A stretch of DNA of 64,000 bases from Pristiophorus japonicus (lineage: Eukaryota): positions 130,448,001 to 130,512,000 of the forward strand of contig NC_091980.1 in assembly GCF_044704955.1 (NCBI RefSeq), in the 5' to 3' direction. Each line of letters opens with the position of its first letter. Within the stretch, counting starts at the first letter, position 1. The notes under the pieces are model-generated. The model saw only the letters and a list, made by a program, of their open reading frames with translations. It was not told where the DNA came from and did no database searches. The translations under genes and the position numbers were made by a program. Shown here piece after piece: positions 1-13,552 of this stretch.

Positions 1-200
1 TATATAATTGTGTGTGAGACTCATTCCTGTAGAGAATGACAGCCTGTGACTTTATGCAGGCTGTGAGACTTGGCCTCGTGATGTGAAGTGTATATAAACT
101 GTTCAATATGGGACTGGACTTTGTCTCATTGTAAATTTGAGTGAGTGGTTGCTTATTTTCAACTTTACATCAGCCCAGAATTACACTGGGCTGTGTAACC
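1..200 (+). other. 3' UTR/downstream remnant of a further ferritin paralog lying upstream of the window
   Basis: Aligns by eye with the 3' UTR of B2 (44945-45110): shares tgtgtgagactc, gatgtgaa, aaactgttcaatat, ggactgg and agtggttgcttattttc. Variant poly(A) signal TATAAA at 93-98. Confidence 0.75.
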
Positions 201-951
201 ACTTTATTGTTCCTCTTTCCTGCTGGTGTACATCTGACTTGTTGAGCGGCATTGTCAACGTCTTGTGTTGAAGATGTCATTCCAATTCTGTGTGTCCATT
301 TCGAGTAAATTATTTGGTGCATTTCACTGATTGTTGCAATGCTGTAATCTAACAACTTGCATTGATGTAGTACCTATAAACGTATGCTCTTTGGGAGTTG
401 ATGATTATGGGGAGCATGCAGCAAAGTGAAGTTGAGGCTAAGATCAGATCAGTTGTGATCTTACTGAATAGTGCACTAAGCTCGAGGGCCCAAATGGCCA
501 ACTCCTGCTCCTATTTCTTAGGGAGGGAACTCTCGAGCAGAGGGCCAAGGCAGCTGAATACAAGTAACTGCTCCCACTAATGATGAATATTCTCTCTGCC
601 CTTTGCATCAATGGCAACAATTTAACCCCTCAATACAACAAAATGTCAGCTGCTGTAATGTTCAATGCATGGAGAGTTTTCCAGTCCATTAGTGTTTAAC
701 CATTTCATTCCAAACTAACACTCCCAGTTTAGGTATTTATTTAAAGTAAGCTACCAACACCACTCAGTTACTCCTGTAGACTACACTGCAGGTTGCTTAC
801 TCAACTGAACTCATCATTGCTGCTATTGACTTTCTGTTCTGCTTTGTGGGCAACGTAGCACAGAATGCTGATTTTGACTCCCAATATCTGAGCTCATTAA
901 GTGAGCCATGATATTATGGGGCAAGGGAAGTACAATTGGGTGACTGGGAAA

Positions 952-3845
952 TGTTATGTGTTGTCCAGGTACCTTAAATGTATAAGTACAATGGTGCATC
1001 ACAGAAGGTGGTGTGGTGGGAGATGTGAAAGTACCTGCAAGACAGAGTATAAAAGGCTACCCACCACACCTGAGGCATTCTGGAGTTACATAATAAAGGA
1101 CTAAGGTCATAGCAGTTGTATCAACACCAGCCTGTGTGGAGTCAGTGATGTGTGTACTACATCCATTACAGTGACAACGAGGAAGTGGATGAACTCCATG
1201 CAACCATGGCTACTCTGGGCTCGCTAAAGGATTTTACCGTGGGCAATGATCGAGAGGCTTTTACCGAAAGGCTTGCGTACTACTTCACAGCAAACGACCT
1301 GAAGGGGGACACAGACGCACTGAGATGCATAAGGCGATATTGCTTTCCAGTTGTGGCGATGAGGTTTACTGTCTCGTCAAGGATTTGCTGGCACCCGCGA
1401 GCGCCAAAGCCAAATCACATGAGGAGCTGGTCGCTCTCATTCGTGACCAGTTGAAACCAAAGGAGAGCATCCAGATACAAATTCTACTGCAGACCCGAGG
1501 GCCAGAATGTCACCAAATATGCTGCGGACCTCAGGAGACTCGCGGTGCCTTGTGATTTTGGCGCACACCTTGACTAGGCGTTGCGGGAAGTTTTTGTTCT
1601 AGGGATTGGCCATGAGTGCCTCCTTCACAAGTTCCTAGCCACGGAACCCAGAGTCACCCTGACAAAAGCCATCATCAACCGGGCCGATATGATCTCGACT
1701 TGCAGCACCAAGCAAATGATCCACACAGTCTCGAAACCGGCAGGCACTGTCCACAGGATAGCGCCCGCCACAGACAAAACTGCAGAACGTGGCTCTGCCC
1801 GGGGCAGAGACCACGGACCTCATGGTCCTAGAACTCAGAGTCCTCTGAGGGGGGCCAATCAAGCAGCACCATGCTGGCACTGCGGAGAAAACTAGAGGGC
1901 TCACCGGTGCAGGTTTGCGGAGTATACGTGCAATACCTGCCACCTGAAAGGCCACCTTCAGCATATGTGTAAAAGAAATCTGACTCATCATGTGGCTGAG
2001 GAGATGGTGGATGATCCACTGTTCAGCGAGGAGCAGGCAGAAGAAGATGAGGTGTTGGGACTGCACACGTGTAATGACGATTTGCTCCCAGTGATAATGG
2101 AAGTAAAAATTGACGGAGTCCCAGTGAGTATGGCAGTGGATATGGGATCGGGTCCGTCGTTGATGAGTCAGAGAACTTTTGAGAAACTGTGGGGTAACCC
2201 GGCTGCAAGACCCAAACTGGTCCCGACACGGCAAAGCAGCGTACCTACACCAAGGAACTGATACCTGTTCTCGGCAGAGCGGGAGTGCAGGTATCTCGGG
2301 GGGGCGAGGCGCACGGTTTACCTTTTGTGGGTCATTGCAGCGATGGGCCGACGCTCCTTGGCAGAAGATGGATGGGAAAAGTCCATGGGAAATGGGAAGA
2401 CTTCATTCCTCCACAGACTACTGTTCCCCGGGTTCCCAACGAGCAGCGCCGACCGAGCTGGAGCTGCAACCTAAATCCACACACAGGCGACAGCAGCTCA
2501 GAACTCCTGACCTCAAGCAATTCTGCAGCCTCAGCCTCCACAGATGAGCAGACCGTGGAACAGCAAGTTTGCAGGTGCGGGCCGATTGCTGGGGTGCTGG
2601 CCGGCGGGGCGCTGCGGGCGATGAGCGGGAGGTCCATCGAGGGCTGGCGGATCCGGGGGCCCACGCAGAGGAAAAGCCAGGCGACGTTAGCGGCTGCAAT
2701 GGTGGCGGCCACAGGAGAGGTGGCCACGGCGGCCGCAGGAGGGGCGGCAAGTGCGGAGACAGCGGTAAGAGCGGAGGCTGCGGCGGCGGCTGGCATGACT
2801 CGGGAGAACGCGAGCCAGAGTGATGGATGCAGCAGCAAGTACAGAGGGACTCACAGGGACTGTGACTGATCGAGTCCAGGGAGCCACTTCTGCAAAGATG
2901 GGTTGCTCTGGGCTGTTTTTTTACCTTCCTTTCTTCCTTGTCCCTTCTGCTCTTTCTTCGCCAGCGAGCTCAAGATGGTGGTGAGCCTCGTGGCAACGGA
3001 GCTCTGTAGACAAAGGCCAGCAGAACACCTCAGATGGCGGCGCTCAAGGGAAGCCTCGTGGGAGCCACAAGATGGCGTCCTAAAAGGGAAATGGACGTGG
3101 GAGTCTTAAAAGGGCCTTACACCATTGGCGGTCCCCACATAAAGACTTTTGGAAGGCAAGAGTGAGTCTAAATGAGCTATGAGAATGTAGGATGACGTAT
3201 TTATGATGAGAATTAAGATTTTAATGCTGAATGGTTACTGTGTTTAAAATAATGGATATGAATTACGGAAAGAGTTTTTACCTTGGGCAAAAAGGGGCTG
3301 TGTACTGCCACCATATCTCACCCAGAGGAGTTGGGATTAAATAACTGTTTAGTGGACCTGCAACCTTTTGACATAACATCTGTACCACATATTATATGTA
3401 CCATACAAATGTACCGTCTATGTATACCTGCTTTCTGTTGGAGGTTATGCTCGTGTACCTTATCACCCAGGTAAGGACTGCAAATACCACATGCTTGCAC
3501 CGGGTCCTCCACATGGGGGAGAAGAGGGAAGTGGATGGTCATGGACTCACACTCAGAAATCAACCAGGGCGAACAAGGCCAAGGTCACGGGCAATGGCTT
3601 TTGGAATTGGCGGGGGTAGTGAGATGTAATGTATTGTTCAGGTACATTAAATGTATAAGTACAATGGTGCACCACGGAGGGCGCTGTGGTGGGAGACCTA
3701 GGGGTACCTGCAAGACAGAGTATAAAAGGCTGTCCACCACACCTCAGCGGCACTCTGGAGTTACACAATAAAGGACTAAGGTCACAGCAGTTGTATCAAC
3801 ACCAGACTGTGTGGAGTCAGTGATTTGTGTGCTACATGCACTACA
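952..3845 (+). mobile_element. Non-autonomous Ty3/Gypsy (Mag-like) LTR retrotransposon with gag and protease only
   Basis: LTRs 952-1170 and 3625-3845 (TG...CA); 5-bp TSD GGAAA (947-951, 3846-3850); decayed PBS TGACAACGAGGA after the 5' LTR (resembles the tRNA-Ser PBS TGGCGACGAGGA); purine tract before the 3' LTR; frameshifted gag with double Zn knuckle (CWHCG...CNTCHLKGHLQHMC); protease motif AVDMGSG; no RT, RNase H or integrase. Confidence 0.9.
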
Positions 3846-4079
3846 GGAAATCCCCCCTCAACTTCCCATTTACACAAACTAATTTTAGAAAATTAGTTCA
3901 GAGCTGCAGTGAGTGCAATGAAATTGCTGTTGTGTCATTCCATGTATTTGCATCACGAAGAAGTTTCCAGTCACCATATATCGAATGGCAGTATCTGGTG
4001 CTCACCGGGGTGGCCATTGAGTGTAACCATGTGATGTCCATCAATTTGCTCGCAGCCCTTTGTGAGGACATTCACTGCA

Positions 4080-4660
4080 TAGAAATGTAGAAAATAGGTG
4101 CAGGAGCAGGCCATTTGGTCGTTTGAGCCTGCATCATCATTCAATAAGATCATGACTGATCATTCACCTCAGTTCTCCTTTCCTGCTTTCTCTCCATATC
4201 CCTTGATCCCTTTAGCCATAAAGGCCATATCTAAGTCCTTCCTGACTATATCCAAAGAGCTGGCATCAACCACTCTCTGTGGTAGTAAATTCCACAGGTT
4301 AACAATTCTCTGAAGAAGTTTCTACTCATCTAAGTCCTAAATGTCCCCTGATGCAAGACTTCCCCAACATTGAGAACATTCTTCCTGTATCTAACCTGTC
4401 CAGTCCCGTCAGAACTTTATATGTTTCTGTGAGATCCCCCCTCATCCTTCTAAACTCCAGTGATTACAGGACTAGTCGATCCAGTCTCTCTTCATATGTC
4501 AGTCCTGCTATCGCGGGAATCAGTCTGGTGAACCTTCGCTGCACTCCCTCAACAGCAAGAACATCCTTCCTCAGTTTCGGAGACCAAAACAGAACACAAT
4601 ATTCCAGGTGAGACCTCACTAATGTCCTGTACAACTGCATTAAGACCTCCCTGCTCCTTC
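4080..4660 (-). mobile_element. CR1 LINE 3' fragment
   Basis: ORF 4464-4781(-) contains LYRTLVRSHLEYCVLFWSPKLRKDVLAVEGVQRRFTRLIP, matching the C-terminal part of the intact CR1 ORF at 22970-25156. Confidence 0.85.
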
Positions 4661-5344
4661 GATCAATACAGGTGTAAATACACAGACACATGTTTGATTC
4701 AGGAGGGTCAACTGGGCTCATTGTTGGCATCTCCCGCAAAAGGGCAGTGCCTGTGGTGTGATTGGTGGCTCTGGATCTCAATCACTGCCGCACTCTCTGC
4801 CCAATCTAAAGCAGAGTTTTAATCCAAGGGAACATCTCTCATCAGCTCATCCAGGACTGAACCACTTCTGCACTGAAACCAGATGACACGGCTTTGGATC
4901 TCCCAGAAACACCAACATGAAAGGCCAATGACCAGAGGGGAGAGATGAGGACGATTATTTTTACGCAGCGTGTTGTGGTGAACCGGGACACGCTGCCTGA
5001 AAGGGCAGAGGAATCAGATTCAACAGCAACTTTAAAGAGGGAATTGCATATATACTTGACAAAAGTTGCAGGGCTATGGGGACGGAGCTGAGAAGTGAGA
5101 CTAATTAGACCGCTCTTTGAAAGAGCCTGCACAGGCACGTTGGCTGAATGTCCTCTTTCTGTGCTGATAGAATCTATGATGAGCCAGACAGTTAGAGCAT
5201 ATCTGAGCCTCATCATTTCAATCAGATTTAAATATTCTTTTGCCTCACTGAAAGCCGACTGTAAAAGGACACGTCCAACACATCAAATTGAGGGGCAGGA
5301 AAAGACCAGCTGGTCCATCAAGCCTGCCGCAAAACACGGCGGAG

Positions 5345-5705
5345 AAATCATAGAATCTTAGAATGGGTACAGCACAGAGGGAGGCCATTCGGCCCATCGA
5401 ACCCGTGCCGGCTCTCTGCAAGAGCAGTTCAGCTTGTCCCACTACCCCGCCCTTTCCCCGCAACCCTGCTGTTAATTTTTCCTTCAGATACTTATCCAAT
5501 TCCCTTTTGAAAGCCACAATTGAGTCTACCTCCACCACCCTCTCGGGCATTGCATTCCAGATCCCAACCACTCGCTGCGTAAACATGTTGCCTTTGGTTC
5601 TTTTGCCAGTCACTTTAAATCTGGTTCTCGACCCTTCCACCAATGGGAACAGTTACTGACTGTCGACTCTGTCCAGACACCTCATGATTTTGAATATCTC
5701 TATCA
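5345..5705 (-). mobile_element. CR1 LINE 3' end fragment (copies at about 21160-21530 and 48985-49350)
   Basis: Minus-strand peptide FTQRVVGIWNAMPERVVEVDSIVAFKRELDKYL plus an ATTCTATG-type tail. Confidence 0.8.
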
Positions 5706-6169
5706 AATGGAGATGTGGGTGACAATGTGTTCAGTAATGTTCACTCCCTCTCATTCTCGCTCACTATATTGAATTTTACCAGGCATCATTCCATGAGAAT
5801 AAAAATGACAGATCGTTGATGCCCCCATGTAGCCAATCCTCAGACACATGCCCATTCTCTATATTCGAACTGGGGGCAGTTCACACCACCCACAGGATGG
5901 AATTCCCATTCCACTGGCCAATGCTTGGTTTGTAAATGCACCAAGACGACTTGATTGCTTTGAATATTGTCTCAGTGCCACAGAAACTTGCAAGTAACAA
6001 ACTTCACCAGATTATGAAAAACCCCTTTGGCGAAAGTAGAAAATTATCATTTCATTCAAGTGAGAGTGTTAAACAACGGCACACTTTCAGATTTGAAGAG
6101 GTTCAAGGAACCCAAAGGCAGTGACAGCACTGAGACTGATCTCCCCAGACCCCTCCCCCAAACTCCCTC

Positions 6170-6290
6170 TCGTTTTTTAATTGGTGCCTGAATTCAGCGA
6201 AGATTCCTGATTGGCTCTCAGGGATTGTTAATCATCATTGGTGATGTCATACTCTGTTTGCATGCAGCCGTTCCAATCGTATAACTACAG
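6170..6290 (+). promoter_or_regulatory. Ferritin A1 core promoter (CCAAT cluster, degenerate TATA)
   Basis: Three ATTGG and one CCAAT plus a TGATGTCA CRE-like site. TATAACT at 6280 where A2 and A3 have TATAAAT. Confidence 0.6.
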
Positions 6291-6355
6291 GAGCTTGTGT
6301 CAGACATAGTGAGTTCTCGAACTGTGTAGGTGACAGTGAAATATAGATGGTGAAG

Positions 6356-9010
<2,655 letters not shown>

Positions 9011-10709
9011 TGAAGGCTTGTGACTTTGTACAAAGAGCTGAAACCCATAACTGTAAATAAACTGTTCAACATTGGGCTGTGTTTTGTCACCTTGTAAGTT
9101 TGAGTGGTTACTTATTTTTCATTTAACATAACTTGGTTTCCATCGAACAAGAATTACACTGAGTTTATATGGGATTCAGTCCTTTGAAATGTGTTTTCCT
9201 CTCGTGTAATGTCTATGTATTGACTGGGACATTCAGCCACCTGTTATAAGTTCTAAAATGTTCAACGGTGTGGTCAGACAACTGACAGCCCCATGGGATA
9301 CTGGCCCAGTAACCAAAAGTCTGGTCAGAGGTATGTATTAAGGACGTACAGAGAGGCATCTCTCGAGCTTGGGACGGAGAAACTGTATACAATTACCTGT
9401 TACAACTATCTGTCTTTGTACAAATGACAATTCAATCCAACAAGATGTAACATCTGTTAAACACAGGGCCAATTTGCCAGTAATTCATTGTTGCACCATT
9501 TCAGTCCAGTGAAGAAAAAGTCCTGAATTAGCTTCCTATTTAGTGTATGTGCCTCGTGAACAGCAGTTTATATTCAATAGCCGCAACAGATCCTCTTCAG
9601 TTATACAGGTAGTTCAGTAATGGGACTCACCACTGCTGCTATAGGCTTGCTGTTAAGCTTTGTAGGCAGACAAGCAATGTCTCAGCACACTGAACTCTGG
9701 GCACTACAATTGGATGAGGAGGGAAAGCAACAGGTGGCATCAGCTTGCTGTCACAGCTTCAGTGGTTAGTGTGGATACTCGAGTCTGGTGGTTCTGGGAC
9801 AGCTTCTCTTCTGCCTGCTCCCCTCATGGTTGAATAACTTGTCAGCACAACCTCCATTCACATGAATAAGGAATTGGGTAAAGTATTGAAAGACTAACGA
9901 TACTCCAACAAAATGTAATGCTTGGGGAAGGAGCAAATGTATTTAATTCCACAAAGCAAAAGGTACAAGATATTAAACCCATTTCTACCCTGGCCACAAT
10001 GCATAAGCACTCAATTTATAAGCCTACTATCAATTATTTTTTTAGTACCATTGTGAATTTCATTACTATCACCCTGGGTTAGATCTCCATTTCTCTCCTT
10101 CGTGGCAGTGAATGGATACAAATGGTATTGCTGCAGCTCCAATAATCCAGTGTTTACAAGTTATTTTTAGGAATTTAGCTGAGAACTGTGTTGAGTGCAA
10201 TTAAATTGCCATGTACAGACATTCCACGTTGATGTCTTGGCAATACTCAAGCGCCTTTGGGATATCGATGTTACAAAATTTCAAATATTGATGAGCCACA
10301 GTTCCACGAGTCGGCCTGGGTTTGCGTGCTGAAGGGTTTGATGGCTTCATGTATCAACAAAGTCTCCAGCTCACTCGATGTGAAACTTTACAGGTGCTCG
10401 TGTTTTAAGAATTACTTACAATTTACAGCACAGAAAAAGACCATTCGGGCCAACTGGGCTATGCTGTGGTTTTTGCTCCATGTGAGTCTTCTCCCACCCC
10501 ACTTCATCTAGACCTATTAGCATATCCTTCTATTCCTTTCTCCCTTGTGTTTATCTAGCTTTCCCTTAAATGCATCTATGCTCTTTGCATTCAGAGTTAT
10601 TACTGCGTGTAGCTCAGTAAACGCACCGCTGCTGCTGTGGATTTTCTGTTAAGCTGTGTGGGTAAAGAAGTGAGTGACAGCTATCGAGCCCAGCAATGTT
10701 TGAGCTCAA

Positions 10710-11594
10710 GGACAGCATTTATTGTCCATCCCTAATTGCCTCTGAGAAGATGCTGGTCAGCCATATTCTTGAACCGCTGCAGTCTTGTGGTGAAGGTACT
10801 CCCACAGTGCTTTTAGGGAGGGAGTTCCTGGATTTTGATGCAGTGACGAAAAAGGAATGGTGATATATTTCCAAGTCAGATTGGTGGTAACGTGGAGGTG
10901 AACTTGCAGGTGATAGTGTTCCCAAACTTCTGCTGCCCTTGTCCTTCTAATTGCTAGAGCTCGTGGGATGGCTTGTGCTGCTGAAAAAGCCTTGGCGAGT
11001 TGCTGCAGTGCATCTTGTCGATGGTATACACTGCAGCCATGGTGCACCGGTGGTGGAAGCAGTGAATGTGGAAGGTGGTGGATGGGGTGCCAATCAACCG
11101 GGCTGCTTTGTCCTGGATGGTGTCGAGCTTCTTGATGATTGCTGAAGCTGCACTCAGCCAGTCAAGTGGAGAGTATTCCACCACACTCCTGCCTTGTGCC
11201 TTGTCGATGCTGGAAAGACTTTCGGGTGTCAGGAGGTGAGACACTCACTGCAAAATACCCAGCCTCTGGCCCGCTCTTATTACCAGAGTAGTTATGCGGC
11301 TGGGCGAGTTCAGTTCCTGATCAGCGATGACCCCCAGGGGTTAATGCTGGGGAATTCAGCGGCAGTGAATGTTAAGGGTGGGTGGTTAGACTCTCGCTTT
11401 TTGCAGATAGTCATTGCCTGGCACTTGTGTGGTGCCATTGTTACTTGCCCATTATCAGCCCCACACTGAATGTCATCCAGGTCTTGCTGCATGTGGGCAT
11501 GGACTGCTTCATTTTCTGATGTCTTGCAAATGGAACAGAACACTTTGTAATCATTAGCAAACATTCCCACTTCTGGCCTTTATGATGGAGGGAA
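10710..11594 (-). mobile_element. Decayed CR1-clade LINE (second family), truncated by a deletion
   Basis: RT motif remnant MFA(N/D)D and C-terminal EYSPLDWLSAA...KLDTIQDKAARLI. Longer copies at 30130-32330 and 54350-56560. Confidence 0.75.
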
Positions 11595-12690
11595 ATCTGA
11601 ACAAATATCTTGTATCTGTTTTGACAGTAGAGGACAGGAACAACATTCCAATGGTGGATAGTCAAGGGGCTATAGAGGGGAGGTACTTAATGCATTAACA
11701 ATCACCTGATGAGGTAGGACTCACTAAGATAATTGGGCTAAAGTCAGATAAATGGTCCTGAAGGCTTGCATCCTAGGGTCTTGAGAAGTAGCGGCAGGGA
11801 TTGTGGATGAATTGGTTGTAATTTACCACAATTCCCTGGATTCTGGGGAGGTCCCAGCAGATTGGAAAGATGCAAATATAATGCCCCTATTTTTTTTTTT
11901 GAAAAGTCGGGAACAAGATGAAAGTTCACAGGCTTTGGGGGTAATATACTAGCATGGATAGAGGATTGGCTAAAGAACCGAGTCGGGATAAATGGTTCAT
12001 TTTCTGGTTGGCAACCAGTATCTAGTAGGGTGCCGCAAGGATCAGTGCTGGCACCCCAACTATTTACAATCTATACATATTACACTCTGTCCCTCCATCC
12101 AAGTCTGTAACGTAGCCATTTTGTTGTTCCTCCCAACTTTGTCAGTAATGTGTGAGAACACACATCTGCAAAAGGACATAGGCAGGCTAAGTGACTGGGC
12201 AAAAATTTGACTGTTGGAAAGTGAGGTCATGCACTTTAGCAGAAAAAAAAATCAAAGAGCAAATTTTTATTTAAATGGAGCAAGATTGCAAAGTGCCATA
12301 GTACAGCTGGAGTGGAGTGGAGTGGAGTGGAGTGGCTCAATGGAATTCAGAAGAATGAGGTGATCTTATTAAAATGTATAAGATTGAGGGGGCTTGACTG
12401 CGTGGATGCAGAGAGGATGTTCCCGCTGATGGGGGAGACTACAACTAGAGGCATGATCTTAGAATAAGGGGCTGCCCATATAGAACTGAGAAAGTTCTTA
12501 AGGGTTGTCAATCTGTGGAATTTGCTGAGCTGTGGAAAGCTGAGACATTGAATAAATTTAAGACTGTAATACAGTTTCTTAAATGCTAAGGGATTATGAG
12601 GGGATAAGTCCATGATCAGATCAGCCATAATATTAAATGGTGGAACAGGCTCTGAGCTGTGTGATCTACTCCTGTTCATATTTCTCATAA
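11595..12690 (+). mobile_element. Decayed CR1 LINE in intron 1 of the B locus
   Basis: Nucleotide similarity to CR1 ORF2 (gggtgccgcaaggatcagtgctgg; 3' tail ctactcctgttcatatttctc). Fuller copy at 37410-38800 (HGF...KSCLTNLLEFFEDV). Confidence 0.75.
12308..12335 (+). repeat. (TGGAG)n microsatellite
   Basis: About 5.6 perfect copies of TGGAG. Confidence 0.9.
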
Positions 12691-12888
12691 GTTTCCCTAT
12701 GGCTGGAGCTGAAATTATCCAATGTCTTTACCAGGTTAGTTGAGTAGGTGCTAGTTTCCATAACTATACATTCAAGTTCAGTGAGACTGAGCCCTTAAAG
12801 CAAGAAAAATGAGTTTGACTTCATGTACAGTGCCCATGATGATGGGTGTGCCATGGAATAATCAACTTCTCTTCTGACCCCTTCGCAG

Positions 12889-13035
12889 TCCTTCTACTTT
12901 GACCGGGATGATGTTGCCCTGCGTCACTTTGCTGAGTTCTTCAAGGAGCAGTCACATGAGGAACGTGAGCATGCTGAGAAACTGATGGAATTCCAGAATC
13001 GGCGTGGAGGCCGAATCATCTTGGCAGACATCAAG
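12889..13035 (+). pseudogene. Orphan ferritin exon 2 (remnant of paralog B1)
   Basis: 147 nt, [49 protein letters not shown], intact AG/GT. The promoter, exon 1 and exons 3-4 are absent from this unit. Confidence 0.9.
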
Positions 13036-13552
13036 GTTTGGCTCCATAAACGAGGGCCCTTCTGTTTGGCTCCCCTTAGACTGATTGTTCACAATACATT
13101 GTAAAGGAGTTGGTTCCAATTTACAGCACAGGAACCAGCCATTCGGACAAACTGGTCCATGCTGGTGATCAGGCTTCAGATGTCGTCTTCCCACCTTGCT
13201 TTATCCAGCAACATATCGTTCTATTCCTTTTTCCCTCATGTACTTATTTAGTTTCCCCTCAAATACATCTGCTATTCACCTCATAAATTTGACACTGGTA
13301 GTTGACTTAATGCAGTAATTCAATATTCTAACACATTGGTTCATGGTAACCTAGACTTCTGATTGCAATTTTTCCATCCCTAATTTCCTTCAATACTGTC
13401 CTATTTCCAAACCTGTTTTTATTGCTTGTACTATTACATATGTGCCACCAGAGGGCACTGCAGTCAGACTTGCAGGTGACCTGTACAGGTGTGCCAGGCC
13501 CAGTATAAAAGGCAGGCCAACAGGTGTGATTCTCACCAATGGAGTTCCATTA

